Source: Leidyana gryllorum EB-2025a
Lineage: Eukaryota > Protista > Apicomplexa
Reading direction: 5' to 3'
Length of the DNA stretch: 64,000 bases
NCBI GenBank assembly: GCA_048772705.1
Contig: JBLWGC010000159.1
Span: 1 to 64,000, forward strand
The translations under genes were made by a program, and so were the position numbers. Numbering within the stretch: position 1 is the stretch's first letter; each line of letters starts with the position of its first letter. The notes under the pieces are model-generated. The model did no database searches. It was not told the origin of the DNA and saw nothing but the letters and a program-made list of their open reading frames with translations. This document shows, piece after piece, positions 34,209-46,943 of this stretch.

Positions 34209-37200
34209 TCAACGGGCTAAGAACCGAACTAAATCAACAATCGACCCCACTATTTTTATCAAAGCTGCTGTCTCCACACTCTCTGCGATCGGGACTGTCT
34301 CCAACCCTCTACCACCTTCTTGTGACAACGAATCGAGGAACTGCGTTTCACCAAGGTGTTATCGCACACACACACACATTGTGTCTCGGCGGCTTACCAT
34401 CGTTACGACTTGTCCCAAAGTCTTCTTTGACACTCCGGCAATATTCAAACTCGTCAGAACCGCCAGCCTGCGCCCACCAACGAATGTCACCATCCATAGT
34501 AGTCCCTTACCATTGTTGTGTTATGCTGCGAGCGACATGTTCCTGAATGACTTGTTCGTAGAACTCGTTATAGCTATTGATGTTATCGAGGTGAAGCACT
34601 GGGAAGTTGATTGTGGGGTCCAGAGCTATCAAACCCTCTTTGATTTGAGCAATGACTTGGGTCTTGTCAATCTCAAGCCGTCTTATTCTCATCACAATGT
34701 CCTCTTCCTCGTTGTCTATCAAGTTGTAGCTCGTAACGGGAGCTGCTTGTAGGACTTGACGAAGTCTGAACAACTTGGGGATGTCATGAGCTTCAATGCA
34801 CGCCTTCAATGGCTGCATTACAAGTTGCAGTCCGTAGATGTCGAGATACTTGAGTCCTAAGACTTTGGGAATCTTGAATTTCAGTCTCACGCTCACAGCC
34901 GCTGCCACTCGTAAGGCCTGAGATGGAGCAACGCTCCCACTGCCATCCTTGCCGGCTGACTTACTCCCGTCGGCACTTCCACCCGGCGGCGCCCCTGTCT
35001 CGATTATGATGGTGGTGGTCCGCTTGGGGACTACTGCTCCTCCCTCTTCACTTGTGAGGAGAGCATCTGCCAAAGTGACCATGGATGTGCCCAAATCAAA
35101 GTCGAAGGCCATCAGTCCCATTTTGTGATAGGCCGTGTCGACAGCTAAGTGTTTGATTCTGCATTCGAGTACTCCAACGTCCTCCTTTCGTAGATCGACG
35201 GTGGCTTTGACCCGATCAACTCTGGCTTTAATGACCAAGTTGACATGTGTGGGCACAGCAGAGGCAGTGTTCGACAATAGCTCTTGTTGTCGCAAATGGC
35301 GAAGTGTGGCGCTGTACACACTCGAGGCAGAGCTCTGAAGTTTCGGGACTTGGAAGTATTCGCTTAGACTACGATTAGAGGGGAAAGCCGAAGCCATGGC
35401 ACTGCCTTTGAGGAGTGGGGTGGAGGAGAGTAATCCGGGCGTCAGTCGGCTGTGTTTCATATTGGCGTCGACAGTAATCATCAAACATCCCTCCATCAAA
35501 ACTGGCTCTATCGAGCACTCCAATATTCTTCTCGACTTGTTACCGTCAGCAGTCTCCATCAGTCGACTTCGTAGTTTCCCAGCGCTACCGCCGAGAGACC
35601 CGAACAACGACGGACTTAATATATGTCCTCCGTCTATAACGCTTCGGCCTCTGTCACTGATCATATCATCTTCTTCAGTTGCCAGCAGCACCACGGCCTC
35701 GCGTTTCTCTGGGATACACAAGACTCGCATCAGGTCTATGTCACAGAGACTCTGGAGCATCGCAGGGGACTTGAGGTTCGGTCGAGACGGGAGCTCGTAT
35801 CTGTGGGACATCTCCGCATATTCGTAGTCGCAACCCAATCGAAGTCTCAATATGTATTTGAGGACATCGAGTCCTCCGCTCCATACAAAGCACTCCCCGG
35901 CTTCGATGGCTAAACAATACGATTCCGTGGCAGCGATTTTCTCCATCTCATTGGTGAGCCAACATGGACTCGGCATCCCGGAGGCGTCTTCGATGGCCGA
36001 TGATCCCTCGTATTTGCGACGCAATTTCAGATAATCATCGGTATCTCGGAGAACCCAATTGCAGACGAGTGTGACGCCAGCATTGTTTTTGAGAATAATT
36101 CTTCGCAAACAGGCCCGACTCAGAGCTCTAAGATCGCGAACCAAAGCAGCTGGAGCCACTCTCAGCCAATTCTCCACCACGAGACTCGATCTGTCATGCA
36201 GCGGCAACAGCTCGTGGGTGGCTCCTTCACGTCTCTGGAATCCAATGCCCACCCGCATCATGGAATCCAACCGTCTCTCGACGCGGACCTCGCGGAAATC
36301 TTTCATTACGCGGGCCAAACAGCTCTCGTGTTGGTCCATTAAGACTGTGCGAGGGGGGTGCGACACATCTGCAGACCTCAGACCCTCGGTATTTCCAGAG
36401 AATGGGTCTCTCAACAGCTCAACCAGACTTAGTACACACGGCAGCAGCCGAAGATCAAATGGTACGTATCGGGCAGCCGACGCAGTCAGAGACCGTTTCG
36501 CGTCCTCACTCTGTGACAACCCCAAATACAGAACAGAGTTCATCGGGAACAGCTGTATTGAAGAGTGCGGATGAACTATCAACCAGTGACATGTTGGGTC
36601 AGGGTGCTCCATGTCTTCCAGATAGGGCGACATCCGAGGCGGGATCCATACTTTGTCGTGATATAATTGAATGGGGACCGGGAGATCGTTCTCAACAATG
36701 AGACTCGGCTCGAAGACGACACACGGGCATTGGTACTTTGTCCTTTTACTATACACTGCCATAATTCGCAATCCAGTTCGGGCAGACTCGAAATCCAGAA
36801 CCAATACCCCGCCACCAGTCTTGCGTAAATCGTTCATTCGGAATCTCCTCTTGAGAATAAGAGGAGAGGATTGCTTATCTCCGCCTGCCGCGTTTGACCC
36901 TTCAGGCAATTGGAGAGTGACCTCTATCACGTTGAAATGGTAAGCAGTGAACCTCGATGGCTCGGGCGACTCGAGGCTGATCTCCTTTTCGAATTCGGGT
37001 AAATTGAACTCTCTCAAGGGGTCGACGCGTAGGGCAGGTGGCGGAGGGGGAGGCGGCAAATGCAGATTGCGCTGTTGAGAAAGACTCATCAGCCAAGCGG
37101 GACATTTGGCTTTGCCCGCCCGATCATCCATCTTTCTGCGGTATCGCCTTTCATCCATCCTCTTCTGCAAGCTCACATAACCTCCCTCACCTAAGCCGGC

Positions 37201-40200
37201 GCCTTCAGCCGGTGCTGACGGAGACCTCCACCCAGCCTCGACCTCGCTGCCTGCATGGCTTCCCATGATATGATCGCGATATTCACCCTCGTTCTCCATC
37301 CATTCAGGCTCGCTTTGCGACTCTGAGCTCAGTATGTCCTCGTGGCCCGACAGACAGCCGTCCGAGCCGTCACTCCGAGCTGAGGATATCATTGGCTCAA
37401 TGTGCTGTTCCTCCCCCTCGTCGTCCAATAGTGGCGGAAAGGTGATTGGCTCCTCTTCGACTGTGTATAATTTGATGTTCAGAGGCAGAATCGTCTTGTT
37501 GCGGAAGGCGCAGTATGCATCTACGAACCAGAACTCTTGTTGTTTGCATCGGCGTTCGGGCGACAAGCGATGAACATTGAAACTCGAGTGATGAGCTTCG
37601 ACTTTCTTCTGCTCCATCAGTGAGTGCCAATAGGCTCCACCGCCACTGGTATCGTGAGCAGCCCGTAATCTCACTGTATCACTGACTGTCAATGTCGTTC
37701 TCAGCGTCTGACCCGGACGGATAGGCCACGCCGACTCCTCTCCTGCCTGCGTGATCAGTACGCGCCACGGAAGTAAGTTTCGGATCTTTATTTTGGATTC
37801 GACGCGCAGTACCTTCGCTTGACATGCCTCACTAATGTTGACCAGCGGGTTCCTGATAGCACACACAAGCACTCGCTCTTGCTTGCTGCCAGTGACGTAG
37901 TGGAGTGAACGAGGCTCGTCACCAATCTCAATGTCATCGATTCGCTGTATCTGAGACACATGTCCAAATATCTCGATTGCCACTTCAGAGTCGGCTGGTA
38001 TAGGGCGCGTGTCCTCGGGAGTGAGCTCCATGAGCTCTCCCGTGGCTCCGAATCTGACCATCACTATCTCATCAGTCTTATTTTGTATCATCAGACGGTG
38101 ATGCAATTCGTAAACATCGGGTTCCCATCGACACCGCAACATGGTGAGATGACGACTTTTCGATGTGTCGAGGATCAGCGCTCGAGACGGAACTGGCACA
38201 CCATCAATCTCTGCTGTTTGATCGGGATCTTGCGATGCGTTGGTGGCTGCCGAAATGACAAAGTATTCGTCAAACTGTTTCTCGAGATACATCTTCTGGA
38301 GAAACGCTTCCGGACTCGGATTGTCCTGTTTTCGTCCCGGCAGAGGCACTCGCACCCACACCCACTCACACTCCTCATACGGGTGACGGAACAAATGCTC
38401 CCGAACGGCTCTGGCATCACGAAGTACCGTACGATCCTGGAGGTACACGAGTTCGAGATTCTTAATTCGCGACCACGGGGCTGTGGCCACATTGATAAAC
38501 TCTGGTGATGAGTCAGCAGGTGCATGAGATACAAACAGCTGTCTCCGTGGTCCGCCCGAGATAGGCTCGATGCGGGTAAGGGATGCGACAGCAGAACGGA
38601 GATTGTCCATAGAGTGGACAGTCAAGTCGACCCTCCCCACTGTCAGTCGCAGAGACAACTCGTTTTGCATCGGGGACGGCTCGTCGAGTGTGTTAAGGCC
38701 GGCAGAGTCTTGATTCGAATGAACCAGTCGCCGTCGGAACGTCATGACGGATTTGGTGGCGGCCACAATCTCCTCCAAGCCGCACGCTGAGCCGCACAGA
38801 GCACTGACTTTGTCCATTCTCCAGTCGAGATCCACAGAGTAGTTGCCGTCAGTAGAGATCTGAAGGTCTACATCACCGAACGTACTGGCCACCAATAAAA
38901 GTGTGTGAATCCCGAGATAATCGAGAAGGCTCAAAGCGATGTGAAACTTTGGCAACTTGAGTTGAAAGTTGCCGGTTGGCAGCCGCGGGGAGGGATGGAA
39001 GCCTGCAGAGCTTGGTGGTGGGGTCAATGCCGACCCAAAGTTATACATATCTTCCGCCACTCCACCACTCTCACGGTGAAACAAGTGTGCCAGTCGACTC
39101 AGGTAGCCCCAGCTGTCCAACAGATTGTTCAGCAGCATCTCAATGATCCGAAAATCGTCTTTGGTGAGCATCAATTTCACGTCATCGATATGATTGAGTG
39201 TTTGATCCCCCTCTGAGCTCAGCGAGAACGCAACCGGACTCTCTAGTATGGGTGCCAACACCCATCCGGTGCTGTGTCCGACGAGCTGATGCACTCTCCA
39301 CATAGTGTCGCCACGTTCCTTATTGAAAGTGAAGGTACTTTCAGCTGCGGTGGGTCCGCGCAAATGTCCGCCGCGAAACTCCCCCAAATACGCTCGAGCG
39401 TCGTTCACAGATATCGTCATGTCGCTCAGGGGGTCAGATCCTCCGATGATAGGGCCCAAAAGGTTCCCGGATCCTGGCACACCACTTCTGCGGCCGATGG
39501 CGTCCACTTGGTCGAAAGCCAAATAAACGCCCACCACAGTGCGATAATCTATCCTCGACTCTCCTCCCTCAGCGGCCTGATCCAGCATGCCGGCAGCCAT
39601 TATGCATAACTCAAAGTCTTTGACGGTGCATTGGACACTGCATATCGGAGTCCTTATGGAACTAACTTCTCTGTGCAGTTTCAAGGGCAGCGGATCTGCT
39701 CTCGTCATAATGATACCCAAAGCTTCTTGCAGCGGCGGCACCAGAATTTGCACTGTATTATACGTCATGGACAGATCTATCGCCTGTCCTGTGTTCTGGA
39801 CGGAGTCGGCTTTGAGCTTACAGGTCTCGCAGTATATCAGGCGAGCCGCGCTCGGCAGATCCGGCATCGCTCCGGGGCTTCGGTAAACAGAGGCCTCCAC
39901 GGAGAGATCGTCAACCTCGCAGCAAAAGTTTACTCCCCCTGCGCGCGTTTGCACAGCATTTGCCCTAATACTGCCGGCCGTCATCCCGAGATCCTGCAGG
40001 TTCCCGAGATCGTCCGGTACAGAGAGGAAGACAGTTTCACGTATCTCGATCTTCATCTCACTAATGCCTTCATCTGGCCCGATCTGCGGGATAGGAAGGG
40101 TCCAATTTCCCTCCATAATCTGATGATTACTACTTTCTCGGGCTTCTTGCCTCAACTTCTCGATCTCGGGGTAGTCCTTCCAAGCTCCCCATCTGGGGTT

Positions 40201-42779
40201 TGCATACCAAAGGCGAGTCATAAAATGGACAGAGGGCACTCTACAGGTTAAGGGCCCTTCAGCTGACATCCACACAGACCGAATGGCGACTTCCCATTTG
40301 GTCAGTTTCTCTCTCCCGCCGCGTCTTTCAGTCATCAGAGAGGTGAAGAACGTGACAGACGTAGCCAACTGCGACAAACTTATGGTTACATGCGGGTTAT
40401 TGTTTGCCAAACCGCCCGTGCGGCTGATGGAACTCGAGTGAACGCCGGGTGGTGACCGTAAGGATGCGGTTCTCATGATGGATCGGGGGTGACCATCGTG
40501 ATACGGAGCAGATCCAAAGACGAGATCGCTCAATTTAGCTTCCTCGATCTCGAGCTTGAGAGTTCCACCCACACTTAGCTCGATACTCCAATGGTCTCGA
40601 GCTATTTGTCGCAATTTGAAGAGCACCTCGTCGTTCGCATACACAAAGACGGCAGTGGTGGGAATGGTTTCTGTGGCGCACGCTTTGCAGCGACACTCTA
40701 GAATACTGATTCGCTCCATCAACTGAGCCAAACTGAGATTGGAAGCTGTGGAGCTCTCGAGACCCAAATGCAGCCCGACGTTCTTCAGCTGTATCTCTTC
40801 AGTCCTCAATTTACGTTCTCGTACACTGAGGGACGGATCATTCCATAAGATATGAACCATTTCAAACTCTGTCGACACTGACAGAGCCTTATTGATTCCA
40901 GTGTACACAAACTCCGGCAGGGTGAACGGAGAGGAGGAATAAGTCGTGCGATCATCACCCCAGGAGATCGCCTGGGTGCCCTCAGCACCCTCAGTCATCA
41001 GCAGTCTCCAGCGGTCACTGGACAACTGGAAGACCTGTAACAAGTTTTGTAGCTCAACGTCCACATACTGCACCGTCAGTCTCCCCTTGTTATCTTCCGC
41101 AGACGCTGAGAGCTCGAAATGGAGGTCCTTAATGCGCGAGACTCTAATCTCTTCCAGATTCACAAAGTCACAACGCGTCATATGAACTTGGAGATCCTTC
41201 ACTGGATCCATATGAACAGCGAGTTCCTTGAGACGAAGAAAGGTTCGCACTGCACCGGGTGGTGTTGGTCGTGGTGGAGGCCTTGCTGCTACCTCCTCCA
41301 AAATAGTGGAGAAGATTTTCAGCACGGGATCGAGAGCCGACTGAGCAGCTTTCACGCCGTGGGTCAGAACGGGGAAGCGGTAGTCGCCCGAATCTGCGTC
41401 CGACTCGTCAGAAGGAGGGAGTTTTATTGAGCGATCTCCGTCATCCGAGTGGGCGGAATGTGCACACTCGCTCTCGGGTAAGCTGAAGAAGCGCGCGTGT
41501 GTGCCACGTTGTTGTGGGCACACGTCCTCATCGGTGTTGAAAATCGATAGCTGTGGATACCACTGATACAATGAGACCAGAAGATCAATATCCAACACAC
41601 TCTCCACCCCAGTCATGTGCAATTGAACGGCGTGTCCAATGAGTCGAACTTGCAGTTCTTCCAAGGCAGTCTGAGGTATCCAGTTGGGCATTGCCTGTGT
41701 TTCAACTTGGGCCAGAGTCAAACTGGTTGCGTACGGGAAGTCCGCCGACTCGATTTCCATTCGTCCAGCCTTCAGGAAGCCGTGTCCATTGCAGTTTTTG
41801 AATGCAATATCAGCGGCTTTCAGTGCCACCCGGAGCGTTGATGACTTGGTGGGCACCTCTTGCGCCAGTATAGCGTCTGCCAAGAGTTTCAGAGCGATCC
41901 AGAGAGAGGGGTAGTGTTGGAGTTCTTTGAGACTCTGCTGATCTCCCAACTGGACTTGAACGGAGTCGAGGGTCGCTTGAGCATAGCCCGGTTCGAGTCG
42001 TAGAAAATCTCGTTGATGAGCTCCGTGATGTGCCCGGAGAGTCGCAGAAATGAAGCATTTGCCCTGGTATCTGACTTGGCAGTGGGCGGACGATTTAATG
42101 ACGCGGGTGATCAAAGTGGCCGTCTCTAAGCGGCCGCAAAGGTGACTGACGCGCAAACCAACCTCTGGACCGTTCTCATCGAGGTCACAACAAGAGATTT
42201 CAGCAGAGGCAACTCGCAGGATGACAAGGGCGACGAGCCACTTGAGGATGGCTGTGGCCAATTTGCCGACCCATTCGGTGGCCGAGCGCGGCGGAGTACC
42301 GATGACGACCCCAATATGGCGAATAGTGGCATCGGATATGTTGATGGCGACGTCGGTTGAGTCTACGTGAAGGACATACTTTGCATCGTCGGTATGCGAG
42401 AGACATATGTGGAAGCGGTTTACGGGGGAGCTAAGTATTGGCCTGCGACGACAGTCAACGAGTGAAGTTGGGGGAGCGATAAGTGAGTGACTCACGTTTG
42501 TTTATGCAATACTTGGACTCCTGAGCAGACGAGGCCGTCGTGGAGGGTGAGGCCCAATACTCTGAGCTCCAGCCGCGAGGGTAATTTGAGGACGAGGGAA
42601 TGAAGGCGAATACGGTGTTGGAGTAAGTTTAAGAACCATTTTACCGATGTCGGATATACTCGATGGAGGAGTAGGAGTGGGAGAGATATGGGTAGAGTGA
42701 GCACTAGTAGTAGGATTAGATGGGTTGTGTTCAAACACACATTGTACAAGGTTAGTGCCCGCTTGTCGGACTCATGCAT
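34209..42779 (-). CDS. VPS13-like bridge-like lipid transfer protein, multi-exon
   Basis: A >2600-aa exon with beta-groove-like segments, repeated VAB-type Asn motifs (IQNKTD, IRNLLP, FRNKTI, VENDLP, LKNNAG) and a VPS13-like C-terminus (LVMQPLKACIE, IRRLEIDKTQV). Two further small exons read WLAVLTSLNIAG...VRFLAR*. A hydrophobic first exon lies at 42492-42779. Confidence 0.75.
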
Positions 42780-42782
42780 TTT

Positions 42783-44759
42783 TTATTCGCTGCTAACTAC
42801 CTCTATCATGTGGTCAACTAGAGTTGCGTCAGTGAGGGTGGTCGAATCAGCTGCCCGGAGGTCTTCAAATCGTTTAGCTGCGGCCAGACGCAAGAGACGT
42901 CGCATAATTTTGCCAGAGCGAGTCTTGGGCAATTCTCGAATTACATAAAACTTGTCAACGGAAGCGATGGCTCCAATGGTTGCTCGGATGTCAGCGCGCA
43001 ACTTCTTGATGACTTCTTCCTGAGAAAGACCGCCTTCCTTCACGACAACAAAGGCAACCACTGCCTGACCCTTAATCTCGTGGTCAACAGCAGTAGCTGC
43101 GGCGTCAGCGACGAGGCCAGTCTTCATCATTGTGGTCTCGAACTCGCGAGCGCTGAACAAATGACCGCAGACGTTCATCGCGTCATCCACGCGTCCACAG
43201 ATTCGGATGAAACCTCCCTCAGCAACGTACTCGCCCGCGTCTCCGGTGAAGTAGTGGTTGTTGTAAGCGGAAAGCCACTTGTCCATGCTCTCACCGGCGT
43301 CGGGGCGGAACAGACCGGGCCAGGGACGACCGATGCAGAGAGCACCTTGCTTATTCAACTCCGTGGGAGGGATGGGCTCCTTGGTGTCGAAGTCAAGGAT
43401 CTTCACGTCAATACCGACCATCGGCAAACCAGCGGCACCGGGGTGGAACTGGTTAACACCGGGGAGAGTCACGATGATGTGACCACCGGTCTCAGTCTGC
43501 CAGTAGGTATCCACAATGGGGCAACGCTTGCGGCCGACGTGCTCGAAGAGCCAGTGCCAAACATCCTCGGTCAAAGGCTCGCCGACGGATCCGAGGATCT
43601 TGAGGGAGTCCATCTCGGGGATCTTGGTGGTATCACACTGGGCCTTGAGCACACGGATGGCAGTGGGGCTGACATAGAATTTGGTCATCTTGTGTCTGTT
43701 GATGACATTGAAGTAGCGATACTGGTCCGGGTAGGTAGGCAGGGACTCGAACAACAGGGTGTTGTTGCCGTGAAGTAGGGGTCCGTAGCAGACATAACTA
43801 TGTCCAGTAATCCAGCCAATGTCAGCGGCACAGCCGTAAACGTCGTCCTCGGTGAGGTCGAAAGTGTACTTGATGGTAGTGGCCACATAGGTCAAATAAG
43901 CTCCAACACGGTGGATGATTCCCTTGGGAGTGCCAGTAGAACCACTGGTGTGGAGGATGAACATGGGGTCTTCACCGCGCATGGGGACGGCTTCACACTC
44001 GTCGCCAGCAAAGGACATCTCAATATCGGCGTGCACAACGCGGCCAAGAGTGGGGAGCTTGGTGGGCAAGACAACGTCGCGGGTGAAGAGAATAGTGCAG
44101 AAATCCTCCACATCCAACTTGGAGACAGCCTCGATGACAGGAGACATCAAATCAATCTTCTTGCCACCTCTATAACCAATGTCACAGGTGATGAGGTGCT
44201 TGCAGTCAGTGGCACGGAGACGAGTTTCGAGGCTGTCGCCAGAGAAACCTCCAAAAACGACCACATGGACTGCACCAAGACGGGTGACAGCATACATGGC
44301 AACAATAGCTTGCCAAATAGTGGGCAAATAAATTCCAACACGGGTGCCCTTCTTCACACCCTGAGCCTTCAAGACATTGGCGAAGCGGCACACGGCTTGC
44401 TTCAACTCGGAGAAAGTAAGAGTACGAGTCTGCTCAAAGTCGTCGCCCTCTTCGATAATAGCGATTCTCTGAGGATGAGATGCTGCCCAACGATCGATAC
44501 AGGCGTCATTGACATTGATCTCGCCACCCTCGAACCATCTGAGCTGATCAATCTTGGAAAAATCTTTGGCCAGACTCTCATCGCAAGCAACCTCAGGGGC
44601 CTTGCGCCAGGGGACGAGGTCAGTGGAGCGCTGCATCCAATAATGGTTGGGTTGAGTCATAGAAAGGTGGTGGGCTTCATCATACTCCTCCTTAGATTGG
44701 ACGTGAACGGGCACGTAGGGAGTGGTAATGGGCTCGGAGACTTGGTTAGAAACTGTCAT
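42783..44759 (-). CDS. acs: AMP-forming acetyl-CoA synthetase
   Basis: HTSGSTGTPKG, ADIGWITGHSY, LGSVGEP, DTYWQTETGG, GRVDD, LPKTRSGKIMRR; intronless. Confidence 0.97.
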   Translation of the reverse strand: MTVSNQVSEPITTPYVPVHVQSKEEYDEAHHLSMTQPNHYWMQRSTDLVPWRKAPEVACDESLAKDFSKIDQLRWFEGGEINVNDACIDRWAASHPQRIAIIEEGDDFEQTRTLTFSELKQAVCRFANVLKAQGVKKGTRVGIYLPTIWQAIVAMYAVTRLGAVHVVVFGGFSGDSLETRLRATDCKHLITCDIGYRGGKKIDLMSPVIEAVSKLDVEDFCTILFTRDVVLPTKLPTLGRVVHADIEMSFAGDECEAVPMRGEDPMFILHTSGSTGTPKGIIHRVGAYLTYVATTIKYTFDLTEDDVYGCAADIGWITGHSYVCYGPLLHGNNTLLFESLPTYPDQYRYFNVINRHKMTKFYVSPTAIRVLKAQCDTTKIPEMDSLKILGSVGEPLTEDVWHWLFEHVGRKRCPIVDTYWQTETGGHIIVTLPGVNQFHPGAAGLPMVGIDVKILDFDTKEPIPPTELNKQGALCIGRPWPGLFRPDAGESMDKWLSAYNNHYFTGDAGEYVAEGGFIRICGRVDDAMNVCGHLFSAREFETTMMKTGLVADAAATAVDHEIKGQAVVAFVVVKEGGLSQEEVIKKLRADIRATIGAIASVDKFYVIRELPKTRSGKIMRRLLRLAAAKRFEDLRAADSTTLTDATLVDHMIEVVSSE

Positions 44760-45297
44760 TGCCGTTTTCTCGATTCGCCTGCGTGTTCCGTTCTATTGAT
44801 AATATGAGAAGGTGAGCTTCCCGAAAAACTTGATTGCTACTCCGCCAAAAAGGCAAATACCGTATCAAAAATAGATTCTTCTACTTGGATCGAATTCATC
44901 CAACCCTTACCATTTTGGCTCAAACTTTGCCTGCGGCCTGCCGCAGTAACCGGAGAAGATCTTACACGCAGCATAGTACGCAACCTTAGTGACCCTCAGA
45001 TGGGGAGGTCCGAACTGAGTTGTGGAAGCAGACTGATAGTACATTGAAATCGGGCAAAGCACGGAAATGAGACTGATATTGTCCAACTTTGGCAGAGGAG
45101 AGATCCTCAACATGTTGATTGATTATGTTCACAGGATAATAGAGACAATAGTACTGTTCAGTGGTCAGACACTCCACTGTCTTAGAAAGAGTGCGAGGGG
45201 ACTGAGGAGGATATTGGTGTTGGCTTGCAGCGTTGGTTTCGATTGATCTAAACGCGAACCAATGGATAAAGAACCGGGGAAAACACGAGATAGCATA

Positions 45298-46130
45298 TCA
45301 GTAGGCTGGGATTTGGCTGTAATAGATGGACTTGTCATACTTCTCAGCCATCGAACTACATTTCGAGAAATGTATCAGGCAATAAATTCCGCCCATAACG
45401 ACCATGAAGCCACCAGGAATGAACAACAAAGAGTTCACCAACCCAAATGATAACCCCAGTGAACCTGTCATCGCAAAGGGGTGTATACAATATGTACTGG
45501 GCCGCCAACATCAATCTCTTACCAAAGAAAATGTAGGCTATCCCTTTACCGCCAACAATGGAGGTGAACGGAAACCATTTGTACATAAACTGCTTGTTGA
45601 ATTTACTGTTTGAGTCTCCCGCAGACTTCATCTCGATGATGACGACGGCCAGCCCAAACAGTCTGGGAAAGGCGAACGTGTGTGGTGGAGGAGACACCGC
45701 GAGCGAGTTAGACTTACGCCATATATACTTGTGTCACATATCTAGCGGGCTGTGTGAGCGCGGACTTCAAGTTGAGCAGACCCAGACCAGCAGCTACCGT
45801 CATAGCAATGCCCCCGAGACCCGCGATAACCCTCAGCGGTTTGGGGCCTTCCAACTCATTCCGAATCTCGTTGATATTGATATTTGGGGCATTCTGGAAT
45901 ACGTCTTTTATTCCACCAGCCACAGCTCCGAGCGTCGGACGGTTGTGCCCTTTGGGAGGCTTTGCGGGAGCAGCACCGTAGGCCGGAGCCTCGTACCCAC
46001 CACCCGGGGCAGGTCGCCCGCCATAGGCCGGGGGATCGTATCCGCCGCCATGGCCGCCAAAGTCTGGAGCATCATAACCGTGGCCTCCCTTAGGAGGACC
46101 AAACTCACTAGGCGCTTCTCCCATGAACAT
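45298..46130 (-). CDS. COPI-associated / TVP15-like multi-pass membrane protein, 2 introns
   Basis: GPKPLRVI, YMA|LFGLAVVIIE, WFPFTSIVGGKGIAYIFFG|SL; Gly/Tyr/Pro-rich N-terminus. Confidence 0.75.
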
Positions 46131-46289
46131 CTTGCCCAAATCGGACTAAGTTTTCAGATTCTACCTGGGTTTGGTACACACTACAAATTTGTACAACTAT
46201 CTATACACATTCACTATGGTTCGTCGTTTGTGTAACAACAGCACGAAAGCCGCCGGCCCGAGCAATAGATCCTCCCGATTGAAATATGC

Positions 46290-46943
46290 TCACACCCCTC
46301 CTGCCACATAATCACCATCTCCAATGTCGGAGACGTCGGCTACAAGATGGTCCACATCCTGTCTCAGCCGTTGTTCAAAGTCCGAGTCGAGATCATCAAT
46401 ACTGGTGACACGACCTGATCGACGCTGACTCCGCCAATAAGCCGCATCGTCGATATTGAACACTCGCGTATTTGCCCTCAGCCCGACAAACTCTTTAAAG
46501 TCGCGACCACTGTCAGCGTCCGAGACACTGGTACTAATCTCCATCAAGTGTCCAGACGACAAGTCCGTGTCCAACGCGCGCCGTCCTGAGGGCATTCGCT
46601 CAGCTCTCGAAGGCGGAGTCCAATATGTCATTCTCCGAGTCTCAGAAGGCAGATCATCGTCATCGTTGCTCCAGATCTGGAAATGCTCAATGTTGTCGCC
46701 ACCTGAACCGCCCGACGCAGCCTGCCGTCCACCTGCAGAAGGATTTGTATTGTTCCAAGTCCAACAATTGAGTTGATGACTAAGTTTCCGCCGTCTTTTC
46801 TGTCCCCATCGCCGTCTCTCTAACGTACCGGGTGATCCGCTTTGACGTCGCGGCGCCGGTGACCCTTCTTGTTGCCTCCGCAGCGACTGAGACGCCATGA
46901 AACTCACAGGATCGTCATGGTCATCGCTGTACCAGTTCCACAT
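46290..46943 (-). CDS. Hypothetical disordered protein
   Basis: 217-codon ORF from ATG 46943, rich in Arg/Ser/Asp with scattered Trp. Confidence 0.5.
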   Translation of the reverse strand: MWNWYSDDHDDPVSFMASQSLRRQQEGSPAPRRQSGSPGTLERRRWGQKRRRKLSHQLNCWTWNNTNPSAGGRQAASGGSGGDNIEHFQIWSNDDDDLPSETRRMTYWTPPSRAERMPSGRRALDTDLSSGHLMEISTSVSDADSGRDFKEFVGLRANTRVFNIDDAAYWRSQRRSGRVTSIDDLDSDFEQRLRQDVDHLVADVSDIGDGDYVAGGV

